This document shows positions 1 through 11,278 of a stretch of DNA of 64,000 nt, in pieces (position 1 is the first letter of the stretch; each line of letters opens with the position of its first letter). This stretch comes from Caecitellus pseudoparvulus. Taxonomy: Eukaryota; Protista; Bigyra: Bicosoecida. Under the pieces are notes generated by a model, which did no database searches, was not told the origin of the DNA, and was given only the letters and a program-made list of their open reading frames with translations. The position numbers and the translations under genes are program-made. The stretch is taken from the NCBI GenBank assembly GCA_965644315.1, contig CBFFRQ010000029.1, forward strand, positions 250,548 to 314,547, read 5' to 3'.

Positions 1-1653
1 AGCGCCCTCCGCGGCGGCATCGGCAGTGGGCACTGCGCGCCGGCCAGGGCGCGCCTTGCGGCGGCCGCCGGTGCGCTTCCTGGAGGCACGGGACGCCTCC
101 ACCGTCAGCTCAGCGCCGTTGAAGGAGAAGGTGCCTGCCTCCTTGGCTGCCTCGGCGCCCTCCGCCGTGGCGAAGGTGATGAAGCAGAACTGGTCGTCGG
201 CCTTGCGGCGCTGGAAGCGGGCCACGTCGCCGAACTGGGTGAAGGCCTCCACCACCTCCTGCTGGTCCACGCCAGCGGGCAGGTTCCCCACCCACACGCG
301 CAGGGGGTCTGCGGGGCGTGGCTCGGACTTGGCCTTGGCGGCACCAGCGTCGGCGCCTGCCTCGCCGTCGGCGGCAGTGGCGGAGCCTCGGCGGGGGCGG
401 CGGTTGCGGCGGGGGCGGCGGGCGACTGCCACCTTGACCTCCACGTCAGCGCCGCCCAGGGCCTTGCCGTTCAGGGCGTCCACGGCAGCTGCAGCGGTCT
501 CGGCATCCGCGTACACGATGTAGGCGTGGAGGCCGGAGACGGCAGAGTCGACGACGGTGACCTTGACCACCTCGCCAGCACCCTCGCCGAATGCCTTGAC
601 ATCCTCGGAGGTGGTGCCCTCAGCCAGGCCGTTCACGCGCAGCTTCTTGGAAGGGCGGGGGGCACGTGCAACTGCTGCATCGCCTCCTGCCGCAGCGCCA
701 GCAGGGGCGGCGGACTTGCCCGACTTCTTCGGCCTCCTGGAGCGAGCCTTGGGCTTGTCCACGGCCTGCATGGACTTCTCCACGTACAGCGTGCGGCCCT
801 CAACCTCCGTGCCAGACTTGGTCAGCGCAGCTGCGACATCAGCCTCCTCGTCGAAGTACACATGGGCGCTGGGGGCGAGAGCGGGGGCGGGACGCGTGCG
901 TGACGTCAGGCAAGGCCGTGTGTGCATCGAAAGCGAAGGTGCAGCGTTTCGCGCCACGCCATTCCGCACTCACGAGCCACGGCGCCCGATGACGACCTTC
1001 TTGACGCTGGGCAGGTCACCAAGCAAGGCGACAACAGACGCCCGCTTGGAACCGTATGGCAGGTTGCGCACGTAGACGCAGTTGGGGACGGGCTCGCGCT
1101 CGACAGGGGCCCGTGCCTTGCTCACGCGCAGGCCGCGAACCTGGTCCTCGCGCAGCTTGGTGTCTGCCAGCTTCTCCACAGCAGCGTCGGCCTCCGCCTC
1201 GGAAGACAGCTGCACGATGAAGGCTCTGCAGCGGCGGGGGGGGGCGGGCGTGCGTGACGGCGAGCGTGGCGCGCAGTTTTCTGTGCCAGCTCAGGCGCGG
1301 AGCGGAAACGCGGTGGTCACCACGCCAACACGGCGGGGTGACACGCGTCCCACGCGCGCCGGCCGCCCGCCGGCGCGGGGGCAGGCGCAGTGCCTGACAC
1401 AGCAACACTGCCACTAAGAGCTGCACAGTGGCACGCACCGGCGAGTCACGGAGGCAGGGGTGACCGACACCACCGTGCCAACTCCTCCGAACGCATCCTT
1501 GATCTCGGCGTCAGTGACGTCCACGGGAAGGCTGCGCACGAGAACACTTGCCTGCCAGGTCTCGGAAGAGCTGCAGTGGAGGGGGGGCGCAGGGCACTCT
1601 GTGTGTGCAGGGAAGCTGGCGTGAGTGGCAGGCTGCGAAGCTTACGCGGCCAT
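1..1653 (-). CDS. Multi-RRM RNA-binding protein (at least 4 RRMs), 3'-truncated by window edge
   Basis: ATG 1653; GT-AG introns 1645-1571, 1438-1226 and ~973-869 restore one frame: ASVLVRSLP..RAFIVQ, CVYVRNLPY..SAHVYF, KLRVNGL..HAYIVY, RVWVGNLPAG..FCFITF (RNP2/RNP1-like), separated by Arg/Lys-rich linkers; no stop before base 1. Confidence 0.85.
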
Positions 1654-2078
1654 GGTTGCGTTTCGTTGCGTTTCGGGAGCCGAAGGCACGTGCGCGGGGG
1701 TGGCGCAGGGCAGCTGGGTGGCTGGAAGCAGGAATGCTTGATAGTGAGTGGGGTAGGTTGACAATGAGGATGTGGTGTGGTGGCGCTTGTGCTGCCCTGG
1801 AGGCCGGGGAGTTGGAGAGCCCCCCTCCCTCTGCAGTTGCACCCCCACCACGCCACTTGCGCCCTGGTGGCGCCGTGCGTCCGCACCGCGCCACATCCCC
1901 GAACCCACCACCCATCCAGCTAGGGTTTGCTTGCAGAGTGTGAAGCGCGTGGCTCCCTCCAGCGCCTGCGCGTGCGCCCCAGCACCAGTGCTTTGCCCAC
2001 TCACCCCACCGCACTGCCCTTTGTGGGAGTGAAACGGCAGCTGCAGTTGGCGTCGCCGTCCGCGCCCCAGCCTCCAGC

Positions 2079-3875
2079 ATGGCGTCAGTGCTGAACAGCC
2101 TGCGCAAGAAGCTGTCCAGAGCAAGCTTCGCGGGGGGGTCCTCCGCAGCGGCAGCGGCAGCGGCAGCGGCAGCAGCTGCCGCTGCTGAGGAAAGTGAGCC
2201 AGTGTCGGCAGCCGGCAGGGCTCGGTGAGTGAAGTGCCCGTGCTCTGTGCAGTCGCCAGGCGGGCGGCAGCACCCACCACCACCCGCCACAGGCAAGCTT
2301 CTGTCATCAGGGAGCGCGAAGCAGTGTCCTTCGCCGACCTGCCGCAGCTGCGGGACACGCCCTCTGCCAAGCGCGAGGTACGGCGACAGCCTGAACGACA
2401 CTGCCCCCTGCACCGCCTTGCAGCGCTCACGCCTCCCGCGCCCCCGCGTCGAGCAGGAGGTCTTCCGCAAGAAGCTGCAATTGTGCAGCATTCTCTTTGA
2501 CTTTTCAGACTCCTCGGCGGAGGCTCAGTGAGTGCTGCGCACCCGCCTGCATGCACCTGCGGCACTGCACGTCGAGGTACACCCACGCTGCACCTGCCCT
2601 GCCTTGCACTTGCCCCGCCCCCCCCCTCCCGCAGAGGCAAGGAGCTGAAGAGGAAGACACTGCTGGAGCTGGTAGACTACGTCAACTCTCAGGCTGGGCA
2701 GCGCGTGTTCACGGAGGCTGTCATGCCAGATGTCATGGACATGATCGTGCGTGCCGCAGGCTGGTGCTGAAGGCCCAGACGCCACACTCCCTCGTCCCCT
2801 CCCCTCCCCGCAGCGAGCCAACATCGTCCGTGCCCTGCCCAAGATGCGGGAGGACTTCGACCCCGAGGAGGACGAGCCTGCCCTGGAGCCCTCCTGGCCC
2901 CACATGCAGGTGGTGTACGAGTTCCTCCTGCGCTTCGTGGTGTCCCCCGAGGTGAAGGCGAAGGCCGCCAAGGCGCACCTGAACCAGAAGTTCTGCATGC
3001 ACCTGGTGGACCTGTTCGACAGCGAGGACCCCCGCGAGCGGGACTACCTGAAGACCATCCTGCACCGCGTGTACGGCAAGTTCATGTCGCACCGCGCTTT
3101 CATCCGCCGCTCCATCGCCAACACCTTCTACCGCTTCATCTTCGAGCACCCCCAGCACAACGGCATCGCGGAGCTGCTGGAGATCCTGGGCTCCATCATC
3201 AACGGCTTCGCCCTGCCCCTCAAGCCCGAGCACGTCACCTTCCTCACCCGTGCCCTCATCCCCCTGCACCGCCCCGCCAGCCTGGGCATGTACCACCAGC
3301 AGCTGTCGTACTGCATCACGCAGTACGTGGAGAAGGACCCCGGCACTGCCGCCCCCGTCATCAGCGGCCTGTGCAAGATCTGGCCCTGGCAGAGCTCCGG
3401 CAAGCAGGTGCTGCTCCTGAACGAGTTGGAGGAGCTGCTGGAGTTCCTGTCGGGGGATGTGCTGGCCGACTGCATGGAGGTGCTGTGCCGCACCCTGGGC
3501 CGCTGCGTCGGCAGCGAGCACTTCCAGGTGGCAGAGCGCGCGCTGTTCCTGTGGCAGAACGACCAGCTGCTGTCGCGGGGCCTGCTGGCGCCAGAGTACG
3601 CACCCCAGCTGCTGCCCCAGGTGCTGCCGGCCCTGCTGCGGCATGCAGAGGGGCACTGGAACCCCACCGTGGAGTCCCTGGCTGACCACGTCTTGAACAC
3701 GTACCAGACCTCGGACGCCGCACTGTACGAGGAGTGCCTGGCCCGTGTGGAGGAGGAGGCTGCCGCCGCCAGCGCCGCGCAGACGCACGCGGCAGCCAGC
3801 TGGGCTGCTGTGGCTGAGGCGACGGAGGGCGGCGCCGGTGACGCAGAAGAGTACGACGACGTGTACTACGGCTGA
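2079..3875 (+). CDS. PPP2R5: Protein phosphatase 2A B56 (B') regulatory subunit
   Basis: ATG 2079; introns 2194-2252, 2378-2456, 2528-2634, 2747-2813; motifs KKLQLCSILFDFSD, DPEEDEPALEPSWPHMQVVYEFLLRF, LFDSEDPRERDYLKTILHRVYGKF, ELLEILGSIINGFALPLK, HFQVAERALFLW. Confidence 0.96.
2145..2186 (+). repeat. (GCAGCG)n/GCN tract encoding poly-Ala
   Basis: gcagcggcagcggcagcggcagcggcagcagctgccgctgct inside the first exon of the B56 gene. Confidence 0.8.
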
Positions 3876-4190
3876 CCGCGCTGCCTGGCCTGTGTGCCTG
3901 CCCTGCGTGCCTTTGCTCCTCTTGCCCCCGTCCACTCCCCCTGCTAGGCTTTGCCGGGTGAGCGGTGGCCTCCTGCCCTGCCCGCTCCCTCCAAATTGGA
4001 GGGCTCGCGGAAATGTCCGTGTCGTGGGCTGCCTCTGCTCGCATCCGTCAATGCACGAATTCAAAAACAAAACCTTCCCTTGCCTTCCAGCCACCCTTGG
4101 AGCTGCACAAGCAGTGCAGCACGACGAGCCACCTCTGCGTTACGTTTGGCGTGTTGTTGTGGGCTGCCACGGCAGGCCCCCCTGCACAGG

Positions 4191-6186
4191 ATGCAAGTGG
4201 ACCATGAGGCGACGGCAGCCCTGCTCCTGCTCATGCAGGGGATGCATGGGCGGACAGGGCTGCGGGGAGGCGGCCAGCCTGAGCTGCAGGAGCCAGGTAT
4301 GACGTGGCGAGCCCTGCGGAATTCGCCCCGCACCCACACTTCTGCCCCCCGCCTCACACACAGGTGTGAACATGCATGACACCGAGTTCGAGCAAATGGA
4401 CAATGTTCTCTACTCTGACTACGGCAGGGCTGTTATGCGCAGCCTGAGCATCCCAAAGGCGGCCCAGGTTCTCCAGCCAAAGGGCACACTTCCTCCTCCT
4501 CCCCTGGATCGCGAGCGCGTGGTGCCTGCGGCCCTACCCAGCGCGCTGCGGCGTGGTCCCAGCCTTGTGCAGGCACTAGCCTCTCGACGCGTGGGGGGTA
4601 GCGCCTTCATGCGTCGCAGGGGCCGCAGCACCGCAGCGCTAGCAGCTGGGCACGTGCCCAACGCCCGACACGCCACAGCGGCGACGCTGGACGGCCGGGC
4701 GTACACGGGCCAGTTCAGCAAGAGCGGTGATCTGTTCGTGTCGGCGGGCCAGGCCGACGTCGTGACGCTGTATGACACGAGCGACCCCTTCGCCTGGACG
4801 CCGCACAAGCGCATCCAGTGCCCGAACATGTCGTGGACCATCACCAGCGTGGACGTGCACCCCCAGGAGCGCTTCATGGCGTACACGACCATGGACAGCA
4901 CGATGTACCTCGTGAACATTGGCGGCAGCACCGAGCTGCACAAAGAATTGCCCCTGAGTGCGCGTGCCGGGACAGCGGCACAGAGAGCAGGTTCTACAGG
5001 CCCTGACTCACCCGCCTTCGACCCAGCCGCTGGCGGGACCGGCAACCCAGACAGCACGTTTTCCCCATATGACCAGATGCTTGCGCGGTTCGGCGTGTTC
5101 CAAGCCAAGTTCAGTGGCACGGGGGCGGAGCTGCTGGCGGCATGTGGCGGCGGCGCCATCATGGTGTTCGATGTGGAGCGGGACACGACGACGCACTGCG
5201 TGCCGGCACACCACGGAGACATCAACGCCGTCGCGTGGGCAGACCCCTCCCCAGGCTGCAACATTGTCCTGTCCGGCGGCGACGACCGGCAGGTGAAAGT
5301 GTGGGACCGCCGCACCATGGGCAGGTATGAAGTGGACGTCGGCGGCACCCCCGTGTACCCCCGCCCAGCTGGGTACTTGCCGGGGCACTTGCAGGGTATT
5401 ACGTCCCTGGCAGGGCGTGGGGACGGCCGGTACGTCGTGTCCAACGGCAAGGACCACACCGCCAAGGTGTGGGACCTGCGGAACTTGGTCACCCCCGCGA
5501 CGTACGATGCGGGCGGCGGGCGCAGAGCTGGGGGGTGGTATGGTGACTATGACTACCGGTGGGGCGAGTGGCCTGGGTGGGGCGACTGCAAGCGGCACCC
5601 CATGGACGCCAGCGTGCTCACGCTGCGAGGGCACGACGTCACCGCCACGCTCATGCGAGCCTACTTCAGCCCCCTGCACAGCACAGGCGGCGCCTTCATC
5701 TACACGGGCAGCTTCAGCCACGGCGTCGTTGTGTATGATGCTCTCACAGGGGGCATTGTGGACACTCTGGCGGGGCACGATGGGGCGCCCGTGCGGGACG
5801 CCTCGTGGCACCCGTCCCACGCCGTGCTCGCTTCGTCAGGCTTCGACGGCACAGTGCAGCTGTGGCACCACACGCCGACAGCTCGCGACGATGTGGACTC
5901 CCGACGGACGCAGCGGCAAGAGGCTCTTGCCGCTGCGCTGGAGGCCCGGGCCGGTGCAGGCGACGCAGCTGCCGACGCGCAGCCGGACCACGAGGCCATG
6001 CTCATGGACTTCATTGCCAACCACAATGTGGGGTACTTCGTCGATGGGGCAGGGCGGCGGCGGTACATCGTGCTGGCAGACGCACCGGGGAGTGACGCAG
6101 ACGAGGCCAGTGAGCACGGCACGGAAGACAGCGACCATGACGGGGACACACCACAGGCTGAGTCGCCCGACAGTCAGGCAAAGTGA
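4191..6186 (+). CDS. DCAF11: WD40 protein, DCAF11/WDR23/LEC14B-like (DDB1-CUL4 substrate receptor)
   Basis: Probable ATG 4191, intron 4297-4363; WD repeats SGGDDRQVKVWDRR, GHLQGITSLAGRGDGRYVVSNGKDHTAKVWDLR, DYDYRW, HPMDASVLTLRGHDVTATLMRAYFSPLHSTG, VRDASWHP, typical of DCAF11. Confidence 0.88.
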
Positions 6187-6324
6187 GGCTGCGAGTAAAC
6201 CAGTACATACCATGACAATGCAACTGCCACCACGCTAAGTTCCTGTGTCATCAGCAGTGGGTGAACGTGGAATGGTGAGGTCGGAAATTGCTCCAGGCTG
6301 ACGGCGTTGACTCCACAGACAGCC

Positions 6325-7443
6325 ATGGCAGCTGGCAGCCCCCCCGCGCTGCAGCAGAGCCCACAAGAAGATGAGCTGTCCCACCTCAACGTGCGCTTTG
6401 CGAACTACGCCATGAGCAACCGCTCGTGGCGCCAGCGTTTCCAGGAGCAGGCTGCAGAGCTGGCCAAGTTGCAGAAAGAACTCGCAGAGCTGCAGGGCAG
6501 CCAAGGGAGAATGCAGCACCTCAGCGATCGAGCAGAGCGGGCTGAAGCAGAGGCAAAGCTTGCAAAGATAGCCCAGGCTGAAGCAGAGGCAGACGCAGCA
6601 GCACAGCGGCGCGCAGCTGAAGCTGGCCAGCAACGCCTGCAGGCGCTGGAAGCGCACGCCGCCGAAGTGGAGACTGCGCTGGCCACAACCCGCAAACAGG
6701 CGGCAACTGAGCTGCAGGAGCGCCTGCAGGCACAGAGTGACCAGCACCGCGAGGAGATGCGGGCCGCTGCAGAGCGCTTCCACGAAGCCCTGACAAGCCG
6801 CACTGCTGCGATGCAGGCGCACATCGCCAGCGCCACCCAGCAGCAGCTGGAGAGCATGGCGCACCAGCTGTCAAGGCTGCAGGAAGAGAAAGAGGAACTT
6901 GAGAAGCTCCTCGCTGAGAGCGTGCAGTCTGCCGAGGAGGCCTCTGCACTGTCCACCCAGCTCCTTGAAAACTTGGCTGAAACGCAGGCCGGAGCCAAGG
7001 CAGCCGCCGGCCAGGCAGCAACGGAGCGGGCTGCACTGCAAAGCAAGCTGGACGCCACGGTCCACGAGCGCGACACTCTTGCCAGCGAAGTGGCAAGGCT
7101 GCGGGCGCAAGTGGAGCGCTTCAACGTCGACATTGACCAGTTCCGTGCAATGATGGAGGAGGAGGAAGCCCACCACGCACTTCGGCCGCCGAACCTGCCC
7201 AAGACCCACCTCCTCCCCCCTCCCACACAGCCTCCACCGCTGCCCCAAGCCAGCGAAGGCCACCACAGCAGCCCGGCGCGAGCCACGAGGCTGGCAGTGC
7301 CAACTGAAGGCAGCAAGGACGGCACGCCCCATGGCACAGCCACCGTGTACGTGCTGCCCAGGGGGTACGGCTCGTTTGGGGCCAATGCAGGGAGGGGGGT
7401 ACCAGCTGTGTCCCCCGCCCAGGTGAGTCATACAGCATGGTGA
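6325..7443 (+). CDS. Intermediate-filament/lamin-like coiled-coil protein (paralog A)
   Basis: EDELSHLNVRFANY resembles the IF coil-1A motif and FNVDIDQFRAMMEEEE the coil-2 end motif, with continuous heptads between. Possible alternative start ATG 6272 plus a 44-nt intron 6275-6318. AATGCA at 7460 supports the 3' end. Confidence 0.7.
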   Translation: MAAGSPPALQQSPQEDELSHLNVRFANYAMSNRSWRQRFQEQAAELAKLQKELAELQGSQGRMQHLSDRAERAEAEAKLAKIAQAEAEADAAAQRRAAEAGQQRLQALEAHAAEVETALATTRKQAATELQERLQAQSDQHREEMRAAAERFHEALTSRTAAMQAHIASATQQQLESMAHQLSRLQEEKEELEKLLAESVQSAEEASALSTQLLENLAETQAGAKAAAGQAATERAALQSKLDATVHERDTLASEVARLRAQVERFNVDIDQFRAMMEEEEAHHALRPPNLPKTHLLPPPTQPPPLPQASEGHHSSPARATRLAVPTEGSKDGTPHGTATVYVLPRGYGSFGANAGRGVPAVSPAQVSHTAW

Positions 7444-7733
7444 AGGAGTCTTGGCGTGAAATGCACCGCGTTCGGCTCATGCCAGCGCCCACCCTCAGCT
7501 TGGAGAGCACCTGGCATAACCACTCAGGCCAGGCTCAAAGGTCCACTTGCCGCCCTCAGGCAAACTCCACCACCTGCACTGCACACACGCCACTTCTGCG
7601 CAAACACTGCTTGCTGTCCCAACGACAGACGTCCACCGGGAAGCCACCTCCCCCTCGTTGTGCTCCGAGGAGGAGCGCGGACTCCGTGCGGGAATTGCTT
7701 TCAACGCAGGCAACAAGCCCCCGCTGCTGCACG

Positions 7734-9152
7734 ATGGCAGAGATGACAGAGCGATTTCTGAAGGACCTGTGCAAGACGCATGATCTGTACAGAACTCCTC
7801 ACTTGAATGACATTCTGTACTTGCACTACAAGGTGCGCCACAGCCACGTGAAGGTGGGGCTGCCCATCCGACCAGTAAAAACGCCACCCCGCCGGCTTGC
7901 CTGCACAGGGCTTTCGAACCATCCAGAACCTGGACGCGTACACGGGGCTGAAGGTGGTGTATCTTGAGGGTAATGGCCTCACCTCCATGCTGGGGCTGCA
8001 CGCTCAGAAGCAGATGCGCACGCTGTACCTGCATGAAAACTGCATTGAGCAGATCGAGGGGCTGGAGCACATGGTGTGTGGGCCTGCTGTGGCCCGGCAA
8101 CGGAGCTGCAGGGCATCCCACTCACACTGCCTCCCCTCCCTTTTTTCGCCCAGAAGGACTTGAGCACGCTGAACATCAACCAGAACTGCATCAAGAAGCT
8201 GGAGGGGCTGGGCGCCCTGCCCAAGCTGGACACGCTGCACGTCGCCCACAACAACTTGAGCAGTCTGGACGACTTGGAGCACCTGAAGGAGCTGCCGGCG
8301 CTGTCCAGCCTGGACCTGCAGCACAACAAGATTGAGAGCCCGGAGGTCGTGGACCTCCTGGCGTCCCTGCCCGGCCTCAAAGTCCTGTACCTGCAGGGCA
8401 ACCCCTGCGTGAAGGAGATCAAGCACTACCGCAAGACCATGATCGCGCGCTGCGCTGGCCTGCGGTACCTGGACGACCGCCCAGTCTTCCCTGATGAGCG
8501 TCTGCGTGCGGAGGCGTGGTGGGGCGGCATGCAGGAGGGTGGGCGTGCGGCAGCTGCCGCCGCTGAGCGGGCCGAGCTGGAGCGGCAGCGGGCTGAGAAG
8601 GCTGCCAAAGACGAGGCCAACTTCCGCCACCTGGAGCAGCTCCTGTACAAAGGCAAGCGCTCCCCGCTGCTGCCGGTGAAGGATGCCGGTGTCGTGCTGC
8701 CGGGGGCAGACAGCGCCTCCTCCGGCGATGAGGGTGAGGACGCTGCTGCCATGCCGGCGCCGGAGGCGGCCGCGCCAGCCGCTGACGTGGGCAGCGGGCA
8801 GCCAACGCAGCCCACTGCGGCCACCGTGCCACCCACGGCAGCTGTGCCTGAGCCCAGCTCTGCCGCAGCCCCCGTCGCCAGCGTGGGCCCTCATGGCGGT
8901 GCACTGGAGTTCAAGCCCAGCGTGCACGCAGCAGCAGGGGCGGCAGCCGACGCACCTCCACTGCCTGCCGCCTCCACGGGGAACACAAAGTACGACTACA
9001 CCGACCCTGCGTCTCGCCCCAGCGGCGTGGCAGTGCCTGCAGTCGTCGGGGCGGACGGTGTGCCTGTGCCGGACTACAGCTCTAACCCGGCGGCGGGCAC
9101 GTACCCGGCACGCGCTGCCCAAGCAGAGACGGCAGTGGACGTAATGGATTGA
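7734..9152 (+). CDS. DNAAF1: Dynein axonemal assembly factor 1 (ODA7/LRRC50-like) LRR protein
   Basis: ATG 7734; introns 7833-7908 and 8074-8153; MTERFLKDLCKTHDLYRTPHLNDILYLHYKGFRTIQNLDAYTGLKVVYLEGNG, LRRs, LRR cap LYLQGNPCV..YRKTMI..LRYLDDRPVFPDER. Confidence 0.92.
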
Positions 9153-9176
9153 AGCAATGCAATGCCGCTGCCTGCC

Positions 9177-11076
9177 TCAGCGCCCATACCGGGAGCGGGG
9201 GGCGGACCGAGCACGGGTCCCCGTCATGGGGGACATGGGCACGGTGTGGGGGGGTGGCGCGCCGTACTGCCCGCCGTACATCTGCCCTGCCGTTGGCGCA
9301 GGGCGCCCAAACGTACCAGGTGTGCCGTGGTGGTGGCTGGGCGTGAACGTGGGGCGCGAGCTGCCCTGCCCATACTGCTGCCCTGCTGGGGCGGCGGCGC
9401 CAGGCTGCCCGTACTGCTGCCCTGCCGTGTAGGAGGAGGTGGAGGTGTAGGTGTGGGTGGAGGAGTAGCCACCACCCCGGAACTGGGGCGTGTAGCGAGG
9501 GTCGGCGCCGGGCGCAGCGTAGGAGTGCGTGGGGGCGGTGCCTGGGCGTTGGCTGGCCGGTGCACCCCCGTGGAAGGCGGCGCTGCCGGGCTGGCCACCC
9601 GAGGAAGTAGGGGGGCGCTGCTGCGCGTAGGAAGCGGGTGGTGCCGCACTTTGGGGCTGTCGCCCACCACTGTACATGTACGGGTTCTGGCCGGCCGCCG
9701 GCACCATGGCGGTGCTGCGCGGGCCAGCACCTGGAGGGGAGGAGTGCTGGGTGGGGCTCGCACGCGGCAGGGGGCCCTGGCGGCTGGCAGGTGGCTGTGG
9801 CAGCAGGCCTTCAGCTGGCTTCTTGGCCACGGGCAGGTTGTGGCGCTCCTCCTCCAGCTCCAGGATGCGGCGGTACTCTTCGATCTCCGCCGTGAGCCTG
9901 ATCTTGACGCCCATCAGCGCGTCGAACTCGGCGTCCTTGGCTGCGCGGCACGCCTTCTCCTCCGTCAGCTCCTCCATGAGGGTCTGCTTCTCACGGCCCC
10001 ACTCCGCCGCGGCAGCCTTGTGCACGCCCTCCGTATCGTTCAGCTGGTGCAGCAGGTGCGTGGCGAGCTCGGAGGCCTTGTCCGCCTCCTCCACAGCACG
10101 GGACACGTCTTGGCGCAGGCGGTCGTTCAGGCCCTGCAGCTCGTCCACCCGCCCTCGCAGGTGGTGGATCTCGCCGTCGTACTTGTCGTGCAGGTTGTGT
10201 TCCAGCTCCGCCAGCTTGGCGTGAGTGGCGGAGTCCCACTCGGCACGCGCCTGTGCCATCTCCCGGGCGTGGCCGTCCTTCAGGTCCGCCAGCACGCTGT
10301 CCTGCTCCGCCTGCAGCTGCTCCATGCCCTCTTGCAGGGAGCGGATGTGGGCCTCCTGCTCTGAGCCCGTCTTGAGGGCGTCGTTCAGGGCAGTCGTCTT
10401 GTCGTGCAGCTGCCCGCGCATGTCCCCCTGCTCAGCAGACAGGCGGTCAATGAGCTCCTGCTTACGTGCCGCGTCGGCCTGCACGTGGTCCAGGCGGTCC
10501 CGCAGCTGGTCCCGCTCCGCCTGGGCGCCCATGAGGGACTTCAGCGCCTCACGCAGCTGCACGTTCTCCGCCTCCAGGTGGTGCACCTTTGCGTCGGCCT
10601 TTTCCCCCGCCTCACGCTCCGTCGCCAGCTCGGTCTCCTTCTCCAGCAACTTCACGCGCAGTGTCTCGAAGTCCGTGCGCAGGCCTCGGTTGTACACCAC
10701 TGCAAGGTGGCGGGGAGGGCGGGCGCAGTGCAGCACGGCGCTGGCTTCGCGGCGTCCTTGCGGAACTCAGCCCTCGCAGCGACACCTGCACCAAACTGCC
10801 TGAACAGGCGATGGCAAAATGTACACAAGCACGACAGGTTCTGCTCCCTGTCCAACTTTGCCTTGCGCGACAGCACAGCCATGCAGGCACATGCCAGTTG
10901 CGTGGTCGCAGCGACACCGACGCACCATAGTTCGCGAGGCGCTGGTTCAAGTTGGACAGGTGGGCCTTCTCTTCCTCACGGGCAACATGCTCGTGCTGCA
11001 CATGAGGGCTTCCGTGGGGGTGGGGTGGGGACCCTGCTGCACGCGCAGGGGAGCCCATGCGGGAGGGGGACGCCAT
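9177..11076 (-). CDS. Intermediate-filament/lamin-like protein (paralog B), ~557 aa, low-complexity G/P/Q/Y tail
   Basis: ATG 11076, GT-AG intron 10925-10700 joins EEEKAHLSNLNQRLANY to VVYNRGLR; rod end LMGVKIRLTAEIEEYRRILELEEERH matches the IF consensus LxxKxxLdxEIxxYRkLLExEE; head has SPSR/SPAR motifs. Confidence 0.88.
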
Positions 11077-11278
11077 GTTGCAGCTTGTGGTGCCGTGTGT
11101 GCAATGCTGCTGGGAGCCAGGCTGCAAGGGGCGAGCGGGGCAGGGGCGCGCGGGGGACTGCGTGAGCACATGCGCGGCAGCGTGGGTGTGTTGGACATGA
11201 ATTGCAATGACCTGTGTAATTGCTGCAAGGGGGCAGCGGGCCACGCCCCTGCCTTGTGCGGGAAGCTTCACAGGCGAC

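Noticed and set aside
2225-2252. 28-nt mini-intron in the B56 gene
   Set aside because: Gives the wrong frame; the upstream donor at 2194 (59-nt intron) restores the protein.
7423-7428. GTGAGT donor that might extend IF paralog A toward an LTD/CaaX exon
   Set aside because: Only ~300 nt remain before DNAAF1, too little for an LTD, and AATGCA follows the stop at 7443; a short extra exon cannot be fully excluded without RNA data.
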